Source: the human T2T-CHM13v2.0 reference genome, Homo sapiens
DNA: 64,000 nt
Strand: one strand, 5' to 3'
NCBI RefSeq assembly: GCF_009914755.1
Contig: NC_060939.1
The notes under the pieces were generated by a model. The model did no database searches. It was not told the DNA's origin and saw only the letters and a list, made by a program, of their open reading frames with translations. Shown here one piece after another: positions 13,041 through 27,011 of this stretch (the first letter of the stretch is position 1; every line of letters starts with the position of its first letter). The translations under genes were made by a program, and so were the position numbers.

Positions 13041-15361
13041 TGACAGACAGTGTTGAGGTTTCCAACTATAATAATGAGTTAATCTCTTTCTCTTTGCAGT
13101 TGTGTCAGTTTTGGCCTTACATAGTTTGACATTCTGTTGTTAGGCACTTAAATGCTTTAAGGATTATTATGTTGTACTGGAGAACTGACCCCTTCATCTT
13201 TGTGTAATGCCCGTCTTTATTTTTAGTGACTTTCCTTGCTTGAAGACTGCTCTGTCTGTAATTCATGCAGCGACCCTTCCTTTATTTGATAAGTGTTGGC
13301 CTAGGCTATTTTGTTTCATCTATTTACTTTAAATGTATACATGTCTTTATATTTCATAGATTTTACTTAACATCATTTAGTTGGGTTGACTTTATTGATC
13401 TACGCTGACATTCTCAGTTCTTTGATTGATGCTTTTAGACTACTGACAACCAATGGAGTTGGATTAATATCAACCATATGTGTTACTCTTTTTGATTTGT
13501 TGCCCTTGTTCTTTCTTCCCGTTATTGTGCTTCACTTATTTTCTGTGTTTTGTGGTTTTATTTGAGAATTTTATGCAATTCTGTTTTCTCTCCATTCTTA
13601 GCATATCAATTATATAACTTTTTTTGACTATTTTAGTGGTTGCCCTATGGAATAAAACTTTTATTTTTCATATTCTTAATTTAGTCTCACAGATAATGGT
13701 TTCTGGAAAATAATAGTAGCACCAATCTATTTGATTAGGCATGCTTATGTCTATATGTTATATGTATATAAATATACATGTATATGTGCATGTGTACTCA
13801 CGTATAAGTGAAACGAATGACAGCACTAATAGGGAGAACAAAAGAGTTAAGATTATTTTGTTATTCTAAGATAGTCACACTACCTGTGAGTGATACAGTG
13901 TTTTTTCAAAAAACACTTTTTGAAAAAAAGTGGATTCATTTTAAATGTAATATTGCAAACTCTGGGTAAGGGTGTTGGACCAAGGGCCTGAGTTCTTTGC
14001 TGGCTTTGGCCTGTTTCTGAATTTAGTTTCCTCCCATGTTGGCTTCTCCCATATGGCAAATGTTCCATCAAAGCCATCAAGGGAGGCACTTTGCTAGCAA
14101 GACAAGAATCACAATCTAATGTAACATAATCGTCCTACTAATGACCCATCACCATTGTAGTATTCTGTTGATTTTAAGCAACTCACAGTTTCTGACTACA
14201 TTCATTAGAAGGAATTAAAATACAAAGTTATTTATCAACTTCACTTATACTTAGAGGTGGGAGTCATTGGGTGCCATCTTAGGTTCTAACTGCCATATCT
14301 GATCTTCTCCACTATGAAATAGTTTTTCAGTCTTCACTTATTTTCTGTTACCTTGACCCTTCTGACAAGGACTGGTCAGTTCTATTGTAAAATTTCCCAC
14401 AGTATGAATTTGTCAGATGTCTTCTCATAATTAGACTAGGGATATGGATTAAATTCAATATTTTCAATATTTATATTTATTTAAGTTTAAAGATAAAAGA
14501 CAAAACAATATAGTGTTTATATATACAAACATACAGGAAAAATGAATATAAGAAAATTAGAGACTGACAGAGATAATCCATAATGATAGTTACCTTCAGC
14601 TGTTAACATAGATGAAATTCAGGAGATACATTCAGGGGGCATCAATGATATTGTTAATGTTCTTTCTGTTGTATAAGCTCAGCAAAGGCTTAAAATAAAA
14701 TAAACTTTTGAACTTTACGAATAGTTTTAGATTTACAGAGCAGTTCCAAATATAATATAGAGTTTCCACAGACTCCATACACCATGTTCCTTAATAACCC
14801 CCTTACATTGGTGTGGGATATTAGTCACAATGAACCAACCAATATTACACTATTATTAACCATCTGCACTTTATTCAGATTGACTTAGTCGTCATTTAAT
14901 GTCGAGTTTCTGTTCCAGGATCCTATCCAGGATACCTCATTACATTTACAATTCATGCTCCTTAATCGACTTTGACTGTGACAATTTCTCCAAGTTTGCA
15001 TGATTGCTATGACATTGGCATTCCTAATTTGGGATTTCTTTGGTGTTTCTTTCCTGATTAGACTGGATTGTAGGTTTCAGGGAGGAAGACCACAGAGGGA
15101 AAGTGCCATTCTCATCACATCCTGTTAAGGGTACAGACTGTAACAGCTTTATCACTTTTGATGTTAATTTAATCACCTGAATGAGATAGTTCCAATCAAA
15201 TTTCTGTACTGTGAAATTACTGTTTTTTTTCTTCTCCTTTCCATGTTGTATGTTTCAAAAAGAAGTCACTACACACAACACACAAATAAGAAGTGAAGAA
15301 TTATGTTCCACTTCCTAGGGGCAGAGTGTCTGCAAAAATTATTTGGAATTAATCACAATGA

Positions 15362-15808
<447 letters not shown>

Positions 15809-16584
15809 GGACTTTCTTTCAGTTGGATCGTCTATAATTTTGAAATCTCCCCATACTTATGGTTTGTTGGTGTGGTGTGCTGTTTGGTTTGTTGCATTGT
15901 TGGTTGTTATTTTCTTTTCTTCTGGCACTACTAGGTGCTGCAGGCTGATTGTGTTTATTCTCTGTCTAACCCTATTATCCACCGTTTCTTCACAATGCCC
16001 TAGTTCCTTTGAATGGAAAATGGAATTAGAAATGAAGATCTAGAGACTGTGGTATATTCATTGCCCCTAGGGCATCTGATGACTTGAGGCCTTGTCAGCT
16101 GACTGAACAAAAGAATACACATGTGTTTACTGACTTACAAATATATACATGTGTATAAATATTTCAACATGTATGCGTATGTATCAATATTAAACTAGCC
16201 ATGAATTCCATGTAATGTTTCTGGCAGCACATGATCTAATCCAGTACCACATGAAGCTATGTACCTGTTCCAACTCGCTTGTATGTAGCTTGCGCCTCTA
16301 ACATGGAACTAGTTGGCTTTGTTAATAACTTAATGATATCATCCAAAAATACATGCATAGTGTTTTCAAAAGTGTTAATTTATACACCCCTGGGAAACTA
16401 CTTTGCCAACTAAAACTCAGTCCTTATATACAAATTATTTGTCCTTTTGACTTAGAATCTCAGAATCTCCCTCTATTTCCTAATTTACTTAGGTCAGCCC
16501 CCTTTTCTCACTCTAGTGAGCTTATTTCACACATTTGTTATACAGTTATAATATTTAGTCAATCTCTATCAACTAAATAAGGCG

Positions 16585-16897
16585 TTTGGTTTGTTTGTTT
16601 GTTTGTTTGGATGCAGTCTCGCTCTCTTGCCCAGGTTAGAGTTCAGTGGTGTGATCTTGGCTTACCTCAACCTCTGCCTCCCAGGTTCAAGGACTTCTCT
16701 TGCCTCAGCCTCCCAAGTGGCTGGGATTATAGGTATGTGCCACCATGCGTGGCTAATTTTTGTGTTTTGTATTTTTAGTAGAGGCAGGGTTTTTCCATGT
16801 TGGCCAGGCTGGTCTTGAACTCCTGTCTTCAAGTGATCCCCTCCACCTCAGCCTCCCGAAGTGTTGGGATTACAGGCGTGAGCCATGGCGCCTGGCC
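16585..16897 (-). mobile_element. AluSx-type SINE
   Basis: Reverse-complement Alu with (GTTT)n head; TAAATAAGG repeated on both flanks. Confidence 0.92.
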
Positions 16898-17612
16898 TAA
16901 ATAAGGTTTTTATTTTACCATCTGTGTGTTATGAAGTTCTGTAGGTCTTGAATAACAGTGTCACATATTCAGTGTCACGTTGTCATATAGAACAATTTCA
17001 AAGCCCCAGAGGCATTTCTTGTACTTTACTGATTCAAATTTTCTGTGGTCCAATCCCTTCATACTCACTGAATACTTTACTGTCTCTGTACTTTTTTCTT
17101 TTTCAGAGTGTTATATAAATGGCATCAGATAGTATTTTGCCTTTTCCAACTCATTTTATTTAGTTATCAAAATGCCGTTTAGGTTTGTAAAGTATATCTT
17201 ATGGTTGTTTAGATTTGCATTTCTTGAATAACAAAAAAATTGAGCATATTCTCATGTGTTTATTGGACAAGACTACAACTATTTTTGGAAAAATGACTCT
17301 TCAAATTATTTGCCATTTTTGATTAAGATGTTTGCCTTTTTATTTTCGAGAAGTAAGACTTTTTATCTATTCTGGATAACAGACCCTAATTAGCTATGAG
17401 ATTTTTAAAGATTTTCTCTCATTCTTTGGTGTTGCCTTTTTACTTTTAACCATGTACTTTGAGTCACACAATACTGTTTTGTAATGAGTTCAATATGTCT
17501 GTTTTTTAATTTTAATACTTGATTTCTGATGAAGTTCTTTATGTCTTTTTAAAATTATGTTCATTTGCTTTAGGTGTCATAGCTTAGAAACCATTGTTTA
17601 ACCCAAGGCTAC

Positions 17613-18019
17613 TGTATTAGTCTGTTCTCCCATTGGTATACAGAAATACTGAGACTGGGTAATTTATAAAGAAAAGAGGCTTAATTGGCTCATGGTTCTG
17701 CAGGCTGTACAGGAAGCATAGTGACTTCTGCTTCTGGGAAGACCTCAGGAAATTTCCAATCATGGTGGAAGGCAAAGGGGGAGCCAGCACTTCACACAGC
17801 CAGAGCAGGATGAAGAGAGGGGCTGGAGTGCTACGCACTTTTAAGCAACCAGATCTTGTGAGAACTCACTCACTATCAGGAGAACAACACCAGTGGTGCT
17901 AAAACCATTCATGAAAATCACCCTCAGGAGCCAATCACCTCCCACCAGATCCCACGGCAAACACTGCAGATTACAATTTGACATGAGATTTGGTGGGGAC
18001 AAAGATCCAATTTATTTCA
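17613..18019 (-). mobile_element. MaLR solo LTR (MSTA/MSTB-like)
   Basis: TGTATTAGTCTGTTCTC...GAGACTGGGTAATTTATAAAGAAAAGAGG...TTTGGTGGGGACA. Confidence 0.9.
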
Positions 18020-18287
18020 GCGATGAAAATGTATTCTTATGTTCTCTTCTATGGATTTGGTCAATTTGGCTCCTATATTTAGATGCATTATTAATTTGAG
18101 TCAATCATGCATATGGTGCTAGGGAGGCAATAACTTGCATGTCAGTGTCCATTTGTCCCAGCAACACTGTGTGAGGAAATATTTCTTTATATTGAATTGA
18201 CTTGTCAACCTTGTAAAATTGTTTTACCATGCATGTAAGAATTAATTTTCGACATTTGATTTTATTCCATTGATATATATGTCTCTC

Positions 18288-19397
18288 TATCGGGAGAAAT
18301 TCAGCCAGATAGCAGGCGAAATTCCACCCCGATATTTCACGTAGGTTCTTTTCTAGATTCCCTGAGTGTCAGCCAGTCTGAGAAATAAAGGGACAGAGTA
18401 CAAAAGAGATAAATTTTAAAGCTGGGTGTCCGGGGGAGACATCACGTGTCGGCACCTTCCGTGATGCCCCCCGAGCCGTAAAACCAGCAAGTTTTTATTA
18501 GTGATTTTCAAAAGGGGAGGGAGTGTACCAATAGGGTGTGGGTCACAGAGATCACGTGCTTCACAAGGTAATAGAATATCACAAGGCAAATGGAGGCAGG
18601 GCGAGATCACAGGACCACAGGACTGGGGCAAAATTAAAATTGCTGATGAAGTTATAGGCACGCATTCTCATTGATAACATCTTATCAGGAGACAGGGTTT
18701 GAGAGCAGACAACCAGTCTGTCCAAAATTTATTAGGCGGGAATTTCCTCATCCTAATAAGCCTAGGAGCGCTATGGGAGACTAGGGCTTATTTCATCCCT
18801 ACAGCTTTGACCATAAAAGATGGCTGCCCCCGAAGCGGCCATTTTAGAGGCCTACACTCAGGATCGCATTCTCTTTCTCAGGGATGTTCCTTGCTGAGAA
18901 AGAATTCAGTGATATTTCTCCCATTTGCTTTTGAAAGAAGAGAAATATGGCTCTGTTCCATCCGGCTCACTGGTGGTCAGAGTTTAAGGTTATCTCTCTT
19001 GTTCCCTGAACATTGCTGTTATCCTGTTCTTTTTTCAAGGTGCCCAGATTTCATATTGTTCAAACACACATGCTCTACAAACACTTTGTGCAGTTAACGC
19101 AATCATCACAGGGTCCTGAGGCGACACACATCCTCCTCAGCTTATGAAGATGATAGGATTAAGAGATTAAAGTAAAGACAGGCATAGGAAATCACAAGGG
19201 CATTGATTGGGGAAGTGATAAGTGTCCATGAAATCTTCACAATTTATGTTCAGAGATTGCAGTAAAGACAGGAGTAAGAAATTATAAAAGTCTGAAATTG
19301 GGGAACTAGTAATTGTCTGTGAAATCTTCACAATCCACGTTCTTCTGCCATGGCTTCAGCCGGTCCCTCGGTTCGGGGTCCCTGACTTCCCGCAACC
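18288..19397 (-). mobile_element. MER11 solo LTR (HERV-K11/HML-8)
   Basis: Minus start GTTGCGGGAAGTCAGGGACCCCGAACCGAGGGACCGGCTGAAGCCATGGCAGAAG. 6-bp TSD TCTCTC at 18282-18287 and 19398-19403. Confidence 0.92.
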
Positions 19398-19419
19398 TCT
19401 CTCCTTCTCACATAGTAGA

Positions 19420-21030
19420 TAAACACACACAGGGTACATGATATGTTTTGGTACAGGCATGTAATGTGAAATAAGCACACATCATGGAGAATTGGACAAC
19501 TATCTCTATGAGCATTTATCCTTTGAGTTACAAACAATTCAATTATGCTTTTTAAGTTTTGTAAAAATATGCAATTATTATTGACTTTCATAGTTACCCT
19601 GTTACGCTATCAGTTTGTTTTATTCATTCTTTCTATTTGTTTTGTAACCATTAAACATCCCTACCTTCCCCCAGCCCCCTGCTACCATTCCCAGCCTCTG
19701 TTAACCATCCTTCTACTCTCTATGTCCATGAGTTCAACTGTTTTGATTTTTAGAACCCACAAATAAGTGACAACATGTGATATTTGTCTTTCTGTGCCTG
19801 GTTTATTTCACTGAAGATAGTAATCTCCAGTTTTATCCTTGTTGTTGCAAATGACTGGGTCTCTTTATTTTTTCTGGCTTAATAGTACTCCACTGTTTAT
19901 ATACACCATATGTTCTTTATCCAATCATCTGTTGATGGACACTTAAGATTGCTTCCAAATCTTAGCTATTGTAAACAGTGCTGCAACAAGCATAGGAGTG
20001 CAGATATCTCGTTGATATACTGATTTCCTTTCTTTGGGGTATATATATGCAGCAGCCTACTGCTGGGTATATTTGGTAGCTCAATTTTAGTTTTCTGAGG
20101 AACCTCCAAACTGTTCTCCATAGTGGTTGTGCTAATTTACATTCCCACCAACTGTGTACAAGGGTTGCTTTTCTCCACATCCTCACCAGCATTTGTTATT
20201 ACCTGTCCTTTGGATAAAAGCTATTTTACCTGGGGTGAGATGATATCTCATTGTAGTTTTGATTGGCATTTCTCTGATGATTAATGATTTTGAGCACCTT
20301 TTCATATGCTTGTTTGCCATTTGTATGTCTTTTGAGAAACATTTATTCCAATATTTTGTCCTTTTTTGGTTGGATTATTTGACTTTTTTCCTATAGGGTT
20401 GTTTGAGCTGCCTATATATTCTAGTTATTAATCCATCAGATGGGTAGTTTGCAGATATTTTTTCCCATTCTGTGGGTTGTTGCTTCACTTTGTTGATTAT
20501 ATCCTATGCTGTGCAGGAGCTTTTAACTTGATATGATCTCATTTGCCCATTTTTGCATTGGTTGCTTGTGGGATATTGCTCAAGAAATTTTCTCCTAGAC
20601 CAACATACTGGAGAGTTTCCTTAATGTTTTCTTATAGTAGTTTCATAGTCGGAGGTCTTCAATGTAAGTCTTTAATCCATTTTGATTTGATTTTTTGCAT
20701 ACAGTGAGAGACAGAGTTCTAGTTTCATTCTTCTGCATGTGGATAACCAGTTTTCCCTGCACCATTTATTTAAGAGACTGGCTTTTTCCCCAGTTTACGT
20801 TCTTGGCAACTCTGTCGAAAATGACATAACTGTAGCGTTGTGGATTTGTTCCTTGGTTTTCTATTCTGTTCCATAGGTCTATATGGGTATTTTTATTCCA
20901 ATACCATGTTGTTTCATTTACTATAGGTCTCTAGTATAATTGGAAGTCAGGTAATGTAATTCCTCTAGTTTTGTTCTTTCTGCTTAGGATAGCTATGGCT
21001 ATTCTGGTTATTTTGTTGTTCCATATCCTT
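19420..21030 (-). mobile_element. L1MA-type LINE 3' part (ORF2 end and 3'UTR)
   Basis: Minus-strand translations [16 protein letters not shown] and [18 protein letters not shown]. Confidence 0.85.
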
Positions 21031-23042
21031 AACACAATTTTGATTACTATTGCTTTTGTAGTATGTTTTGAAATCAGAAAGTAGCATTTTACTACACAAA
21101 CTTTGTTCTTTTTCAAAATTATTTTGTCTGTTCTGGAATTCTATTTCATTATATATGAATTTTAGAGTAAAATTGCCAATTAGGGGAGAAAATGTCACCT
21201 AGGATTTAGCTAGGGATTGCATTAGATATATTTGGAAAGTATCAGCAACCTAATGATACTAAGCTTTCTAATCAGTGAAAGCTCAATGTATTTAATTTAT
21301 AATTGTATTAATATCTTTGATATGTTTTGTAGTCCTCAGTATATGTATCTTATACTTATTTTATCAAATTAATTCATAGGTATTTAACTTTTATGCCATT
21401 TTACATGAAATGGTTTTTGAAATTTTGTTTTTAGATTGTTAATTGCTAATAAATAAAAATATAGTTGTTTTTGTATATTGACCTGTACTAAGCTGTACTA
21501 CAAGCTTGCTTATCCCTTTTTTCATATTTTGTTATGTTTTATTAGAGTTTTTATGATGTCTATAGGCAGGATCATGTCATTTGGAGACATAATTTGACTT
21601 TCCTTCCAATCGGACTGCGTTATGTTTATTTTCTACACCAATTATGTTGGGGACATCCTCCAATACAGTGGTGACTAAAACTGTGAAAGTGATATCCTTC
21701 TCTTGTTTCTAATTTTACAAGAAAGTGTTTGAGCTTCCAGAACTTTTAGGATGTCATGTGAGGTTTTCTGTGCTTTCATGATGGGGAAATTTTTCTTATT
21801 TGCCTAACTTGTTGCATGATTTTATAAGGAATGAAATTTCAATTTAGCAAGTGCTTATTGCTCATCTTTTAAGATGACCATGTGTATTATGTCCCTTATC
21901 TCTTAATATAGTTTATGGCACTAATTCTTTTTCTATGTTGAACCAAATTTGCATTTGTAAGATGTATACCTTCGTCAAAATTTATAAATTTTTACATGTC
22001 TGTTATTTGTTTTAATAGTATTTCCTTTAATTTTTGTGTTTATGTTCATAAGTCATATTGATCATAGTTTTTCTTCAGTAACTTTGTCTAACTGTGGTAT
22101 AAGGCTGATAATTCACATTGAAAAGTGATCTATTCTTCATGTTGCTCTTACTGTTTTTATGTGAAAGGTCTAAATTTATTTAGCAGAAATAGAATGGAAC
22201 ACATGAAAAGGAGAAAAAATGTACATTTTTTCAAGATAATTTTCAGACTTTGCAAACAATTATATTGTATAAGTGAATAAAACCAAATCAGAGTAATAAA
22301 GATATGTAATTGGGCTACATAGATGGAGATTTACAATACACTGGAAACGGAGAGAGAAAGGTGGGTGATAAATTACTCTTTTTAATATGATTTTATTGTT
22401 TTGCATATTTCTTTCTTTAAATACACTACCTACAAGTATAGACAAAGATGAAAATATGGGTTGACAAACAGGTGCTCATTATTTAGAAGAAATATAAGAT
22501 TTAAATTCTGGTATTTCATTAAGGTCAATTTAGTTTGTATGCTTAGGAGACCTAACATGTAGACATTTGAAGTGACACATTTTGTGAGCCTTCATAAATA
22601 TCTATAAAAAATAGAAAATCAGAGTTTTTAAAAACTTAAAAGTTGAACAAAACAAGGATTTAAATATTATTATTAAAGTTGTTACCTATTCCCAGATGAG
22701 GACTTAGAAAAACAAACAGTTGGCAAACCAGTGCAGCAGGTGACTTCCGTGAAGCCAGAGGCACACCCTGGGGACTGCGGTGTTGCTGGAGCCGACACTG
22801 CTGTGCTGCACATGTGGCTGCCACCAGTTTCCTCCCTCTCTGGGAAGTGGAATTTGAATTGCAGGTGATGATGGCTGATGAACGGAGGGACAAGACCACA
22901 TTATCTCAAAATGCTTGGCTCTGTTGCTTGCTCCTCATTTCACTGCTAGGTGCCACAGGCTTGGGGTTTACTGTTTATTTTTTGAAAAATATATGATAAA
23001 TTGGTATTAATTATTTGAAGATGTGAAATCATTTACTGGTGA

Positions 23043-23395
<353 letters not shown>

Positions 23396-23887
23396 GAGTG
23401 GGAAATAGAATCTTAACAACTATCACATGAACTTTGAGGGTATCCTTCTCCAGATGAGCCTTCAGTTGAGACCTCAGCCTTGGACATCATCTGCACCTGG
23501 ATTCCTGACCCAGAGCAACTGTAAGTAATGTGTGTGTGATTTTGAGCCACCACACTATGTGGCAATTTGTTGTGCAGCAACTGATAACTAATACAAAAGA
23601 TAGCACATTTAATTTCTAATACTACCCTGGATTAGATTCTAGAACAGAAAAATGGCATTACTAGAAAACCTGGTAAACTCAGAAGAAAGTCTGTAGTTCA
23701 GTTAATAATTTTAAGCCACTGTAAGTTTATTAGTTTTCATAAATACATTATGGGTATATAAATAAGATGTTAACATTCTAGTAAACTCCTGGGTATGTAA
23801 AACTAGCTGTACTATGTTTGCATCTTTATGTATATCTAAAATTATTTTAAAATGAAATCTTTGATTTTTTATTTTTAATTAAAAAAG

Positions 23888-24034
23888 ACAGGCATGCATA
23901 TGTTATCCCAGCTTCTGGGGAGGCTGACTTGGGAGGATTGCTTGAGCCCAGGAGTTCCAAACTGAAGTGAGCCATGATTGTGTCACTGCACTCCAGCTTG
24001 GGAAACAGAGGGAGACCAAGACTCAAAAAAAAAA
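23888..24034 (+). mobile_element. Alu monomer (FRAM-like)
   Basis: GGAGGATTGCTTGAGCCCAGGAG...CACTGCACTCCAGC plus A-tail. Confidence 0.85.
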
Positions 24035-24089
24035 ACTGGCCTCAGAAGGTGAATGGACATATAGAAAAAAAATAGCCAAGCAGATTTCC

Positions 24090-25380
24090 GCATAAATTTA
24101 CCCTTCCATACATACATCCATCTACTTCAGGAAGCCACTATCAAACTCAAGGAACTCTTGTCCATATTTGACCTCCCCATCACACTCTTTATTACCAAGT
24201 AACTCGTTTGAGTGTCAGTAACCTCTCTGTTTTCAGAGATATTTGCCTATGCCTCACATACCCCAGAAAGGCCCATTTCCAGATATCATTTAGGAACATA
24301 TCTACAGGATCCCACTGAACATATTTTGGCAAACAAAGTTTCTGGATACCAAAGACCAAGATTGAGGAATGTTAGTGACAAGAAATATAAATTATATTTT
24401 CATATTATGGTTTTTTTAATATAGGCTTAGTTTTCTAAAGATAATTCTGCCTTCAAGCCTTGTTGGAATTCTGTGATAATTTCTTTTCACACCATATTCT
24501 CCATCAGGAATTTTATGGAACCTTGTATTCTGTTGAATACCAGAATTATATCAGCAATCCCAAAGTCACCAAATGGGCATCATCATGACAGCAGGTGAGC
24601 GGAATACAAAAGATATATATATATATATGGTGGTTGGTGGTTTTGGCAGTTTCTACTTATCTGGACCTGGACAAAAAAATCTTTTCACACCAGATTTTTG
24701 GCAGGTGAGATTCAAAATAGGTTTTGCACAGGCATGGAAAACCTGATAGAGGCAAAACAAGAGGCCAGGTGTGGTGGCTTATGCCTGTAATGCCAGCACA
24801 TTGGAAAGCCAAAGTGGGTGGATTGCTTGAGTCCAGGAGTTCAAGACCAGCCTGGGGAACATGGAGAATTGTTTCTCTACAAAAAAATAGAAAAATTAGC
24901 TGAGTATAATGGCACACACCCATGGTTCCAGTTACTCAGGAGGCTGAGGCAGGTGGTTGGATTGAGCCCAAGAGGTCAAGGCTGCAGTGAGCCATGAGTG
25001 TGTGACTGCACTGCAGCCTGAGCAATAAAGTCAGACCCAAGAAAGAAAGAGAGAGAGAGAGAGAGAAAGAGAAAGAGAAAAGAGGGAAAGAAGGAAAGAG
25101 GGAAAAAACGGAAGGAAGGATAAGAAGGAAGAAAATACAACATATCCCCAACCCTCCAGCAGTGATCTAAGAGATAGACAGAGGCTGAGTAGTGATTCTG
25201 CATATGTGCTGGCTAAACAAAGAATCCCACAGCAGGAAGGACTCTCCACTCACCGCACACACAACTTCCTGTTCAACACGCTGCTGGACAGCACCAGGGT
25301 TGTTTCCAGGGACCATGCCTAAAAACCCACAAAGACATCAGACTTCATTCTGCACACCCATGGCCATGTATAATGTTGAC
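24090..25380 (+). pseudogene. FRG2-like gene relic, copy A (interrupted by AluJ)
   Basis: AYASHTPERPISR vs FRG2 TAFSHSSEKHIQR. Exon ending CATGACAGCAG/GTGAGC at 24594. SPLTAHTTSCSTR vs FRG2 SPLTCEQLTLLTR with the same spacing. Homologous to 41820-42780 and 50630-51535. Confidence 0.6.
24763..25135 (+). mobile_element. AluJ with GA-rich tail
   Basis: Dimeric Alu followed by (GA)n/(GGAA)n. Confidence 0.9.
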
Positions 25381-25739
25381 TTGTTTTTTGGTCTCTAAAC
25401 ATGAGGTCTATTGTCCACACCACGGTAATAGTGACAGTCAGAAAATGAGCTCTTGTGACCTAGAAAGTTGGAAGAGACATTCAGCTTCATGGATGTCATT
25501 TCTCATTCTTAGATGAGGATAACTGTTACGTGGTGTTATTTGAGCATTTGTGATTGAAGAAAACTAACTTCTTTAAGCCCATACTTTATTACTTGAGACA
25601 TGACAGCTTCATTTAAGGTTCCTATTTTAAAACATGGTGAGTGTTTCCATTTATTTCATTTGAACTGGAGATACTATCTCACTTACGTAACTTGTCAAAT
25701 CCCTTTTTATCTTCATTTCAATGCATGTTTTCTAATCTA

Positions 25740-26400
25740 TCATGATGAAGAGTGTGAAGATTGTGCTTCACCAAACCAGGAAGCAATTAAAAAAAAACTA
25801 GAATGGCAAGCCATAAGTTAGATATAAGTAGATGCATGTAAGGTGTAACCCATCTCAATGTGGCATATCAGGGAGATGGAGACTGGAGAGATGAGGTTTA
25901 AAAGAAAACAGGCACTAAATTCAAAGCTGTGCTAAATGATGTCACAGGCACAGATGACATCGTGTGGTGCTCCAAGTTCCCAAACAACCTCTCTGACAGC
26001 ACAAAAATTATGATTTCCCATAATATACTAAGCTACCAGGTTTCAGAGTGGCTGTCCTGGACACTACAATTTTCAAAAACTATCACTGCAAACAAGCCAA
26101 ATTCCTAGACCTCTTCATGAGGCAAGTACCTAACACTCTTTCTCCATCCACACTTTAGACTGATTGGAAGTCAGAGTTCAATGGATGGATGGCTCGTATA
26201 ATTGAGATCATGATTTCATGTTCCCTTTATTCAGTCTTCCTGAAATGTTAAATCTAGGTCAGGGAAACATTCATCTAATTCATTACAATTCTGCTTCCTC
26301 CTCAACAGATTTCTAGGACCATCATTTTTTAAATTATTTCTACATACATAAAATAGGGATTTCAGTACTCCACTAAAAGCTCTCCATTTTTAATAGTTAG
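25740..26400 (+). pseudogene. AGGF1-like processed pseudogene relic, copy A (N-terminal part)
   Basis: SPNQE...KLEWQAIS and IREME vs AGGF1 SPEPE...KLERELRS and VREIE. Colinear with 43450-44000 and 51545-51900. Confidence 0.5.
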
Positions 26401-26851
26401 CAGTCCATGGAGGGCAGGTCTTTGCAAACCTACCACTAAAACATGAGGAAGCTGAACAGCTGAAGATAGAGGCTGATATAACCAGTCTCTTAGAAAGAAA
26501 CATTTAGTAGGGATTTATGAACAGATATTTGAGTCTCACACAGGACTTATATACCATGGGGAAGGAATGTGTAGGAAAACTGAAGTCTACCTGTCAGGGA
26601 AAGGCAGAAATGCCATGTGAATCTAAGCACAGGATTTATAGTCATGGTGGTTCTGACCTAAGGGCAGGATTTAGAGAAAAATAATGATTTTCACAAGGAA
26701 CAGTAGACACAATAGAAATCTTATCCCCCAGTGTGCATATAAAGGAAAAAAATATTTATACAGAAAGCTTAGAGGCAGTCCCAGAACAGGGGTTAATCAG
26801 AAGTCAACATGGTGAATTAGCTTTCAAGATTGAGTTGTTTTTGCCTCCACT
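26400..26851 (-). mobile_element. LTR47-like solo LTR
   Basis: Minus start GTGGAGGCAAAAACAACTCAATCTTGAAAGCTAATTCACCATGTTGACTTCTGATT, homologous to the LTR at 9441. Confidence 0.75.
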
Positions 26852-27011
26852 GCTAGCTAGAGGGTAAATGGAGTTGATCAGCTTATGTGAAAGTATAAGT
26901 CTATTTCTTCAATAATATACCATAATACAGAAGATGAGGCACCCCTGTTTCCATGTAGTCATTGGCAGTCAGGGAGAAAAATGCCATATTCCATTCCTCT
27001 TATGATACACA

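Noticed and set aside
24500-24540. FYGTLYSV resembling the lipocalin GxWY motif
   Set aside because: The key Trp is absent in all copies and the exon size does not fit.
25140-26150. V1R vomeronasal receptor-like motifs on the minus strand of the repeated blocks (e.g. QPVSIS*ITTWWAGL in copy B, DVFVGF*AWS in copy A)
   Set aside because: Motif order and spacing are inconsistent with a ~900-bp V1R ORF; the + strand FRG2/AGGF1 reading gives more colinear anchors.
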